The translations under genes were made by a program, and so were the position numbers. This document shows, one piece after another, positions 38,883 to 50,435 of a DNA stretch of 64,000 nt (positions are counted from its first letter, which is position 1; each line of letters opens with the position of its first letter). The notes under the pieces were generated by a model that was given only the letters and a program-made list of their open reading frames with translations, was not told the origin of the DNA and did not search any database. The DNA lies in NCBI RefSeq assembly GCF_001194135.2, contig NC_068986.1:41322661-41386660 (forward strand). The letters are read 5' to 3'. Source of the stretch: Octopus bimaculoides (Eukaryota).

Positions 38883-39890
38883 GTAAGTATTATTTTTGTA
38901 AACTGGTTATAGAATAAAGTACAAATTGCCTGTGCGAAGAAGAACCTTAATGTTGGTGTTAGTAAACACCACACTCTCTCACTGTGTGTGTTATGTTTGT
39001 TTTAATGCTGGTTTCAATGAGCTGATCAAAGAATCGCTTTTTCCTTAGCTATCTTACCAATAATGATGGGATAATTGTTGCTGGAGTTCTGTTTTAAAAT
39101 TTGTGACTTTCTACTGTGTTCATATTTTAAAGTTACTAGATAGTTTAATCAAACCAAATTTGGTTGTTCCATTTAGCAGATCAAACACTCATTTACAAAT
39201 TTCCTCTTTGACGTGGGTTCATTCCTAAAAAGATAAAGCTGCTGCTGCTTTTTGTAACCAGAACATTGTACAGCTCTGCTTAATTTACTGACTCTCTCAA
39301 AAGCTCGAGTGAGGCTCACATTAGAGTATAGCTCGTGTATTTTGGATGGCACTGATACTATATACAAAGTTCTTAAATCTCATTCAAAAGAAGAAAGAAA
39401 GGTATGTGATTAATTGACAGATATTTACTGATGAACTGGTTAAGAAATGGTTTTAAGTATATAGTATCATTGTCAAACAAACATACTGTGAAAAAAACAA
39501 AGATGTTTTTTTTCTCTCTTCTGTAATATTTAGAGGAGAACATAGGTATTGAGTAGGAATAAACATTATTTCTTTTTTTTTTTTTCTTACAATAGTGATT
39601 TTGGTACTTCTGTTTCTTCTATTTCTCATTTGAACATGTTTGGGATTGGTTTAACAAGTGTGAATATTTGCAATTGTTTGAACAGCTGATTTATTGTTAG
39701 TCTTTTTGACACCAATCAGTTAGTAAAACTAAAGTGAGTTACCTCGACTGTTGCAAAGAAATGAAAGATGTTTACTATTAACACTGAGAATAAGGTTAGA
39801 TTCTAAGGCATGTCCCTTAATATTTTTATGCCAGTCAAGTTTAACCTGAAAGATTCAAATATTGTTCCTTTTATTATTTTATTCAATATG

Positions 39891-41475
39891 GTTGCTGGTG
39901 CTGCATAAAAACACCCAGTACACTTTGTAAAGTGGTTGGTTTTGAGGACATTCAGACATTCAGTCAAAGAAATCATGCCAAAACAAGCATGAAACCTAGG
40001 CAGCTCATCAGCTGGCCAACTTCTGTTAAACCATCCAACTCATGCCAGCATGGAAAACGGACATTAAATGATAATGATGATGATGATAATTATTTTCTCT
40101 ACTATTTGCAAAAAAAAAAAAAACTTTTTATTTTTCATCTTACAGAAAAAAGCGTGAGATGGTACAAGAGAATGATGGTCTTAATGTTGAAGAAAGACAA
40201 CTATTCCATGGTACAAAAAGCAAAGTGGTTGAACCTATATGTCGTAAGGGATTTGACTGGAGGCTCTGTGGAAAACATGGTACTGTTTATGGACATGGTA
40301 AGTAGCTTTTATTGTGTGCTGCATTATAACTTTTGTCTAAATGACATAAAAAGTAGGAGACATGAAATATGTCAAAAAGGATTCAGAAAAATTAATTTTT
40401 TATACCCAAAGATTGGTTTGAACATTGTCTAAACCCTTTTATTCAATCTACTCAATTGAAGGCATCATGTTTGTCCAGTACAATTTGATTGAAAAAAAAT
40501 ATGAATGAAATATTTTTGTTTAAAAATATTGGTCCATTGATTTTCTCACCAACAAATTTTAACAAAAGACACACACACTCACACACTGTGCCATGAGAAA
40601 GTACTTAGCATTTTCTGAAAAGTGGTTAGTATTGGGAAAAGTATTCAGCTGTAGAAATCATGCCAAAGCAGACATAGCAGTATGATGTAATCCTCCAACA
40701 TGTTGATCCCTGTTGGACCATCCAACCCATGCCAGCATGGAGAGTGGGCATTAATTGACAATGATGATAATGATCATCATCATCACTGATTTTATGTCTA
40801 CCCTTCCATGCTGGTAGGACTTTTTGAAGATTACAACTCTATTAGTCACCCGTTTGCCTGACTGGCCTTCGTGCCAGTGGCATGTAAAAGCGCCCACTAC
40901 GCTTTCGGAGTGGTTGGCGTTAGGAAGGGCATCCAGCTGTAGAAACTCTGCCAAATTAGATTGGAGCCTGGTGTAGCCATCTGGTCCACCAGTCCTCAGT
41001 CAAATCGTCCAACCCATGCTAGCATGGAAAGCGGACGTTAAACGACGATGATTACAACATGCTGGAATGTTGTGCATATTCTGTAAGGTGATTAGCATTG
41101 AGAAGGGTATTCATTTGTAGAATAGTATCTATTCTAAAAATTGGGATACACACAATTACCAGATAAGATTGGAGCCTGGTGTGGCCTCCTGGCTTGCCAG
41201 TCCCCAGTCAAACCGTCCAACCTATGCCAGCATGGAAAATAGACGTTAAACAATGATGATGATGATGACAATCATAGATGCACACACATGTACAGTGGGT
41301 TGTTGCACTGTTTCTTTCAACCAAATTTTATTTACAAGGCATTGGATAGAAGGGTATCCAACTGTAGAAGCCATGCCAAAACAGACAATAGAGCTTGGCA
41401 CAGTCCTCCAGCTTGCCAGCTCTATTTAAACCATCCAACCCAGCATGGAGAACAAACATTAAAAGGCGATGATTA
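39891..41475 (+). mobile_element. Cluster of five same-orientation RTE-tail retroposon copies around the HGT exon
   Basis: Copies at ~39891-40090, 40590-40778, 40855-41052, 41056-41270 and 41335-41475, each ending ccatccaacccatgccagcatggaaa..acgttaaa(gat)n-like. Confidence 0.8.
40146..40297 (+). CDS. SIM-RING-PARP gene exon (152 nt): NAD-binding HGT motif and D-loop
   Basis: Acceptor tttttcatcttacag| (phase 2) and donor G|gtaagt (phase 1). Encodes KKREMVQENDGLNVEERQLFHGTKSKVVEPICRKGFDWRLCGKHGTVYGH; His codon 40207-40209. Confidence 0.95.
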
Positions 41476-41519
41476 TTGGTCACCCAAAGTCTGTTAGAAA
41501 ACACTTGTGGTGCACATAT

Positions 41520-41906
41520 TTTTTTTGTTGTCACTCCGTCGCTTACTACGTTGAGGGTTCCAGTTGATCCGATCAACGGAACAGCCTGCTCATGAAATTA
41601 ATGTGCAAGTGGCTGAGCACTCCACAGACACGTGTACCCTTAACGTAGTAGTTGTCGGGGATATTCAGCATGACACAGTGTGACGAGGCTGACCCTTTGA
41701 ATTACAGGCACAACAGAAACAGGAAGAAAGAGTGAGAGAAAGTTGTGGTGAAAGAGTACAGCAGGGTTTGCCACCATCCCTGGAGCCTCGTGGAACTTTA
41801 GGTGTTTTCGCTCAATAAACACTCACAACGCCCGGTCTGGGAATCAAAACCGCGATCCTATGACTGTGAGTCTGCTGCCCTAACCACTGGGCCATTGCGC
41901 CTCCAC
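41520..41906 (-). mobile_element. Full-length tRNA-derived SINE with 11-bp TSD (same family as 33404-33786)
   Basis: Near-identical body to the 33.4-kb copy; ggtgcacatat at 41509-41519 and 41907-41917. Confidence 0.92.
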
Positions 41907-43945
41907 GGTGCACATATAGTTGCCAAGCAAACTGTGTCCTTTTTGAATTTACTTATCATATCCTTCATGTCGTTTTTATCACATTCCTAAATAGAATGAA
42001 AAGCTAATTTGATTTGTGTAGGATTTGAACTGGAAGATAGAATACCATAAAATGTTTATTTTGGTGTTTATCTCTTTAGAAACTTACTATGAAAATACAT
42101 TTTATGATATATAATAATTGGTCATTAAAACATTCTGGTGCTAGAGATTGTGTTGCTGGCATTACAATACTACCTGCTCTGCTGTGGCTTCCTCAAAATA
42201 TAACTATCCCTCTTATGAGATCATTCTCTCACCTTAACAGACATTAAAACTTGTTACTTTAAATTGAATACTCTAAGATTTGTCTCCCTTGTATACATTT
42301 ACATTCTCCAGTGACAGCTCATTTATAATAATGAAAATACAGTACTTTCAATTCTGATCATTTTTCATCACTCCACATTAACAGCATCAGTGCTTAATCT
42401 AATTTTCCACAATGCTACAATCATAAACCATGAATTAAAAAATTCCTTTTATGGTAGATTTCAAAATTATTGAAGGGCATCTATCTTCCATATTGGACTC
42501 ACCCAATTAGAAAGCTTTTAGTGCCAAAAGAAGTAAACCCCCTCCCACAGGTGAACCACCTGTATTATTATTTGAAACTGCCCATAAAGTCTTCAAAATT
42601 CACTATGAAAACAGCAATTGAAGCCTTAAGGCCTAATGTCATTTAAGTTACGTTATCTATGAATTTTTAAAAATTGAACCTGCATTATTGTTCTCAGCAT
42701 AGATGCATCCCTATAGGTTCTTATGTACTTTCATTTCACTCCAGTTACTTATATACTTCCCCACTCTTGCCCTACACAGTCGTTTCAGTTCCTAGATACT
42801 GTTCTAAGAGACCAATAAGTCTTATGGTGCTTGTTCCTCTCCCACTTCAGCTGACCATTAGTTTTTCAGTGGGAAGCTCTTTTACATTTTGACAGATTTT
42901 AGCTTTAGTCCATGCCAGATCCCATACACTCTCCTCACCCAGTATATTTGTTGGGATTGTTTAATTTAGTCACCAACCACTTAACCGAGATAAACTATAC
43001 TGAGTTACATAATGATTACGAAGTGGGTGACTTCAAAAGAGAATAATACCAAATACTTTTAAAAATGCTTTTAAAAAGTGGATCATATTATATCAAATCC
43101 TAATAGCTACAGGTCCACTTAAATATTTCAACATTATATAAAATATGTCTCAGGGTGTAAGTGAAACAATTTATATCATAGTTCAAGAAGAGTGTCCAAA
43201 AAGAGTTTATTTTAAATGCAAACACCAATTCCTAGCAGATGCATTATAAATATTAGATAGTACAAGATAACTCCATGAAGAAGAGAACTACCCTAATATC
43301 AGTATTGTTTGATTGAATGAAAATGTAATACAGTATATTCCTGACTAAATTTTAACTGCCTCCAGGTTTTAAATCAACATATTAGATCTTGTCAAACCTT
43401 ATTACTTAATTAGTATAGTAGATATAATGATCATATCTATGTTATGCAAATGTCCCAAGAGATTAGACTTAACGAGTTATGTACACTACATGTACTAAAG
43501 AATTTGTATTGTTGCTTTAGCCAACTGAACTGCTGTAGAAATTCATAATTAGCTTACAAAAAGAGTGTGTTCAGGTTCCTATAGCAAGTGAAATAATGTA
43601 ACTATCATACTATTTAATAATGTAATAATTATTTTTACCATACCTTATTACTACTACAATTTACCTAAGTAAACTTTACAATCTAGGCCATAACTTAAAT
43701 TCTCATTATCTTACTGACTCTACTCAAAGCATTATAAACCCCTAGATAAAATATAAAAACGACAAAACAATATGATTTGCACATGCATACACACCTTATA
43801 CTTTTGTGCCACTATAATCTTAGGGAAAATATTGCAAAAAGCAATAAAGTATATTGAGATAATGTAAAATTCACTTAGATTTACTACATTTCTATTTTTC
43901 CTTTTTAATTGTATCCTCTTTTCATTTTTGTCTTTTTCATTGTAG

Positions 43946-45915
43946 GCTCCTACTTTGCGGGCGAGGCTTCATACTCTCATCAATTTACTGATGACATTCG
44001 TATTAAGCGGCAGCGTCCGATTCCAGCTGGTCGTGTCAGTTCTAACAACATTGCAATGACCACTAAAGTCTTCTGCAATCCTTACAATAAAAATGCTTTC
44101 CTCAAGTTGAGTCCAAGTATTAATATTCCAAGTATGAACCCAGCTGCACCACTGCAATTAACAGGCTATACAAGTTCAGTGACCACCTATACTGCTCAAG
44201 GAAGCATAATGGCCAGTTCTAGTAACAACCCATTTGTTAGTCAAGCTTTATTAGGAGCTGCACCTCCTGGAGCTGGATCAAATATATGTTGTCCGACTAT
44301 CAAAGCTACTAACAATCCAAACACTGCTGTAAACAGAGTACCGTCTAATCGCATAAACATTGTCATGATGCCAATGACAGATGCAGACAAGAACCAAACT
44401 GTTCAGAATATGCCTAATATGCAAGACACTTCATCAGTTGGCATTGCTCCTAATGTCCCATCATCTTCTTCATCTTCAACACCCTCATCATCATCTTCAT
44501 ATTCATTACAAAATTTGACTGTATCCTTTCCTTCCAGTGGTAATGTTGGTCCTACTGTAACTGCTAACAATACAGTTATGCAGTCTCCGCTTGTGCTGTC
44601 AACAGCCCCTAAACAGCTAGTACACCAACAACTGCAGACAGTGCCAGTGACTAGCACACCTCAACATATCCCTCTGGTTGTACCCTTCCAGGCAGGAACT
44701 GCTGTTAATCCCAAAAGCCATTTGGCTTCACACTCACACTCTAAATTAATCTTTGGAGGATTGTCACAACCACAACAGCAAATGCAACAACAGCAACAAC
44801 AACAACAGCAGCAGCAGCAGCAAAAATACCTTCTGCAGCGCATCACACAACGACTTCAGACACAACCCACACAACGACTGCAGGCACAAGCAACACAACG
44901 ACTCCAGCAACCAGCGATACCATCGCAGGCGCTGCAGTCACAGCAACTCTCACAAGCTCAACAGCCATTATTGCAATTGCAGGCTGTGCAACAACTACAA
45001 CCATCACCGCAATTACAGACTGCTGCACAAGTTCCACAGTTAGCCCAACCGCAACATCATCAGCAACCACAGCAAGTTGGGCCAACACTGCAACAGGTCA
45101 CATCAACTTCAGCACCTCAGCTGATAACACTCGGAGAATTTTTGTCCCCTTTTCAAACAGGAGCTTCGGCAGCTAAAGTTAACATGGTGTCTCACACCCA
45201 GCCGAAACTTGTTTTTGGAAGAGTGCCATCTCAACAACAATCTCAACAACAGCAGCCTCAGCAACAAGTAATGGCCCAGCAAGCTGGTGTACCTCCACAG
45301 AACCAACCCCAAGCCCCACCCCAGCATATACAAGCTGCACAACAAACACCACATCATCTACATCACTATCACCATCACCACCATCACCACCACCATCACC
45401 AAGCCCCAGTGCAACCACAGCAGCAACCCCAACAAATATTCCTGCGGAAAGGTTTTGTTGTGCCCATTCCACCAGGAACTTCTGGTCCTAAAGTCAGCAC
45501 TGTTGGCCATTCACAATCCAAACTAATAGTGAAAGTACCACCAGCACCACCAGCACCATCCCAACAACAACAGCTGGTCCCACAGACCCAGCCTCAGCCC
45601 CCTACCCCACAAGCAATCCAGGCTCAACAGACAGCAAACACACTCCAACTCTACTGCCAAAATGGAGAACCCCATACGACACGGACCTCAATACCTACAA
45701 ACTGCACGCGGAAAATGTTCATTGCCAAAGTTCTCGTGGGCAAGTACACAGGTGGTAACAGCAGCCTGAAGAAAGCCCCACCTTTATATCCATGTGCCGA
45801 ACCATTTGGAAAATGCTATGACTCTTGTGTAGACAACATATGGGACCCAAAGATTTTTGTTATATTTGATAGTGCCCAAGCTTACCCCGATTATTTAATA
45901 GAATATGTTGTATAG
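43946..45915 (+). CDS. SIM-RING-PARP gene, terminal exon (1970 nt): PARP11/PARP12/TIPARP-like catalytic domain C-half with a ~570-aa low-complexity insertion
   Basis: Acceptor tctttttcattgtag| (phase 1). Encodes GSYFAGEASYSHQFTDD, the insert, then RKMFIAKVLVGKYTGGNSSLKKAPP..CYDSCVDNIWDPKIFVIFDSAQAYPDYLIEYVV-stop (TAG 45913-45915). Triad Tyr at 43951 and Ile at 45853. No stop in 656 codons. Confidence 0.94.
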
Positions 45916-46907
45916 TGATAGACTGATTTTTATATGAAACACTCTTGATAGCATATCTCTTTCTCTGTCTCTTTCTGTCTCTCTCTCTCTCACTCCTTCT
46001 CTCCTATCATGGTAAAGTTGACAAATACCAAACTGTATAAATGGAACAGATTTTAGTGGGGAAAAGACTATGAAAAGAAGTGGGTGAAAGTGTTTACTTT
46101 CTTTTTTTCTGGTCTACATTTTCCTTTTTATATATTTTCTTTTTCTTTATTAGTATTTTTATAGTTTGTGTTGAAAATTTAAATGCATGTATATTTTTGT
46201 TAACAATGCTTTTATCATTATCATAAGTATTATTGTTTGAAAATTAACTTTGCTATTTTTAACTTTATTTTTTTGTTTACTTCTAATCTTATTATTATTC
46301 CTATCTTGCACTTGTTGCTTCATAGTGTCTTTTAGGTACGCTGATAGCTTAGTAAGGAAAGGAACAATTATTTTTTTTGTCTTTTTCATCCTTTTAAATT
46401 TAAGCTGTTTAAATTGGGAGAAAAATCTTTTTAGAACACATTAGATCTTGTATAAATGTTTCTTTAGAATTGGGTACCATAACCAGTTTACATAGAATTT
46501 TAATACAACTTTTCTTCTAATTTTTAATACTAATATTTTTAATCTAAGGTTGCCCTCTTATCACCTGCTCCTATTGACCCCCTTTTTGAGAAAAATATTC
46601 ATTATCTTTTCTCATGTTCATTTGCTTTCCCCGCCCCCTTATGCTTTAAACCTCACTATCTTCTCCATTATCTTTTTGTTTCCGACTCTTCATGAAGGAT
46701 TGCTATTATAAGTGGTTTGTTATGTATGTGTGTGTATGTGTGTATGCATGCACATGTGTGCATGCATTCTTGATAAGGTGTGCTTATAAATGTCATTTGT
46801 TACATTCTGATATCATTGGCAGTCATTTGCTAGCAAGAGATATCTTGCATGAACATATTTGTGTAGTATCGTCAGTTTGCAATGCTCAACACAATTAAAT
46901 TTAAAGA

Positions 46908-46917
46908 AATAAATAAA
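46908..46917 (+). terminator. Candidate polyadenylation signal (overlapping AATAAA x2)
   Basis: About 1 kb after the stop and followed by a U-rich tract. AATAAA is common in this AT-rich DNA and the UTR may be much longer. Confidence 0.25.
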
Positions 46918-47175
46918 TGCCTCGGTTTAATTTTCTTTAATTAAATATACACCATTTTCCCCATAAAGTCTTTGTATATTCTGGATTTAAAAAAAAAACT
47001 TACAACTGATTCTTAATTTAGAAATATTTGGAATTTTTACAAACTTATGTCAATTTCATTCCTCTCTCAACTACAGCTTCTGTTTTACTATTTTTTTTTC
47101 CATTGTCTTTAACTAAGAAAATTTCTCTAACTTATCACCCTCTTTCTCTTCATCATTTTTCATATAAAATGTTTC

Positions 47176-47221
<46 letters not shown>

Positions 47222-49624
47222 ATTTTCTACTATTGATGTATCTTCTGTTATCAATCTTTATTCACTTTTCATTTTCACTATATCTCACCAGCTGTCTTGT
47301 TCTTTGTTTCCTCATGCCCTTCTGTTCCCACCCCTTTGGAAAAACAATAATCAAACAAAAATATGAAAGAAAATTTTTCTTTAATACATTCTTATTACAA
47401 ATATTTTGTGATGTGTTTTTGTTTATTTTTTTTTCTTTCTTTTAACTGATTACTTCAATGTTTTATATAGTCTGGTGATATATTTAATATGCTGTAGGGT
47501 AGGCAACTTATGTATATAGGGTTTAATTGAATCCAATTAAATATTTTTAATAATTAGCACTTCTATTCAATATATCTTAATTGATAGTTGTTTTTTTTTT
47601 GTTTTTTTTTTTAAACAAATGAAAATTTAACACAAACCAAATCTCAATTAGCATTTTGTAAATGTTGGTGCTGCTGTAATATTGTTATTCTTATAATCAT
47701 CATGTGAACAAACTCTAAAGGTTTATAGAGGTATAATTGTGATATTCTTGAAATATGCATTTTTAGCAATTGTAGATGATTAATATGTAGGAAGAGTTTT
47801 AAAATGACAAAAAAATCTTACACACACCTACACACAAATTCTTACTTGACTTTCTACAATAAATTCATTCCAATAACTCTTATTGAACTTTTGCTTATTT
47901 GTACTATTTGTATGGGGATGGCTATATTTAACAGTCTTTTAATGGGGGGCTTCTAATTTTCTCTGTTAGTAAGAGTTATAAAATTGTCGGGGTGTTTTTT
48001 ATTTTATTTCGGGAGCTTTTAAAACATTTTTTCTTTGTCATAAATATAAAAGTCTTTCTGCATCATATTTGGTGTAACTGCCAGAATTTTCCTGACTGTT
48101 ACTATATACATTTGGTATGCTGGCCTCTGCCATAAATTTGGTATATATATTTCCATCAATATATACAACAAAAACAACACACACAGTATTTTTTTTTTAA
48201 ATTTCTTTATCACATATCAAGTTTTATTGATTGTTTAACAAGTAGGCTGATATAGAACACTTTCCTACAAAATTTAGTTATTTTGATGGTGAAGTATGAA
48301 CACACTAATTGATGTAATTGTTTTGCTGAATCAGCACATTATCTTGCATCTGTAACTGAGAGGCTGCTAAATCACATTTTCACTAAGCTCTACTTGTATG
48401 TGTGTGTGTATGTATATATGCATGTGTGTGTTACTTTAATATCACTAGGAATAGGTGACAGTTTTTTTTTTTCTTTTCTCCTGGGAGTAGGCCTTTGTAA
48501 GTAGATTTGTCAATTTTCCATTCTATTTCTCCTCAATACAATTTAGTATAAAATACAATGATAAACAAAGCAGCTAATTAACACTTTGGTATATTATTTA
48601 CATTTTAGTAGTTTGACCAACACAAATTATTCTTGTGGAAATTATAGTTGGTTGTTTGTGATAGAATTACATTAATAGTATTTTCCTTGTTTTTAATATT
48701 TGCTATCTTCATTATAGTGGAGGTGTTAGTTGGTATCAATAATGTCTTCATTGTAATGGAATGTAACATTGGTGAGCTTTGTTACTTTACTACAAGGGGA
48801 CATTGATGTAATTGTGCTGTTTTAGATGTTTGCATTTCTTCTAACAGAAATTGGTGACCTATTGGCAGTTTTGGTATCCTCTCTTTTTTGTTGGGATAAC
48901 AATTTTGGTGTCTTCACTGCAATCGGAGTATTGCTGTGATGATACATTGGTTTGCTTCATTATGAAAGAAAAAGACGTGGCTGCATGAATTCAATAGTTT
49001 TCCATTATTGACTGCTATGTAGTGTAAACAGAATTTAGTATGGTTATCCTTTGTCTGGAAACAGTGTAATTCATGCACATTAACCCTTGACATTATCTTG
49101 GATTTTAAACCTACTCTGGTAGGTATGAAGTACTTGTGGTTCAGTTATACTCTGCATTGACCATATGTACATTACTATAGGAAGCTCTTTATGCTATTAT
49201 TAATATTGTTATTAACATAATTATTATGCTTTCCTTTTTGCTTTTTTTCTCATACTTTCAACACTGGTGTATTCTGTGAAAAGTCTGGACTACAAGAATA
49301 TCTGTGACAGTATTGTGATTTGTTTAGTATAATTACACCATCCTGTTTTCTGCCACTAGCTATTCTCTCTTAATCACTGTCACAAAGGTGTCAAACAAAT
49401 CAGGAGTATATATTTTGTATGGAGACATCTCATGTTCAGTCTCATCATCTGCTGAACATTACATTAATTCCTGCCTCTTCTGTCCATATTTCCAAGTGGA
49501 TAGAATATACCACCATTTATAAACAACTTAGGCTAACCAGTTTTTGAGGTTTCTGATATAGATTTGCTTTATTATTATAAATTTAAGTTCTACATTATAA
49601 GTAAAGAAATAAGTGCATATGAGT

Positions 49625-49732
<108 letters not shown>

Positions 49733-50390
49733 TATATATACTGAATTCTTTACACAATTCATATTTCACACTACTATGATCTTCATGTAAATTAACTTTT
49801 ACAATGTTCCAAGCTGATTTTATATCCATTGAAGTTGGTTCATTTTTTGGTCAGTTTCTAAATAATGTTTTGTCCAAGTGGTGTTTATAATTGTTGTCAC
49901 TTTTCATTTGCCAATTCATTGGTTGTTCCATTGCCATTGGTCAAATTCACCATTTTATTGGTCTATATGAACTTTTACTTTTTAATCGTTGTCATATTGT
50001 CAGTTTTCATTGTCCAATTTGGTGGTTGTCTTATCTGTACCTGCCAATTTCATCACTGTAACCAACAAATTGGAGAAAAAGAAAAGCAACTACAATCATA
50101 AACACAACCTTAAAAAAGAATATTTAGAAGCTGGCTAGTACTTAGAAATTCAAAATAATGAATGCTTATCAATAAATATAAAACCAACTTAAAATATTGT
50201 AAAACTGTTCATCATAAGATTGTGCTGGTGTGAAATTAAAGTTGCAATTAAAAGAATTCAGTTTAAATATACTATACACTCTACACTTCTTCAGTGACAA
50301 ACTTTAGCATTTGAACATATATATATATATATATATATACCTCCACACATACAATATGTATGTATATATATATACACACACCTCCACACA

Positions 50391-50435
<45 letters not shown>

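Noticed and set aside
39932-40432. 166-aa ORF over the HGT exon
   Set aside because: Wrong frame for the PARP motifs; made of retroposon and intron sequence.
44403-45526. Poly-Cys, poly-Val and poly-Asn ORFs on the opposite strand and other frames
   Set aside because: Shadows of CAA/CAG/CAC codon runs in the PARP insert.
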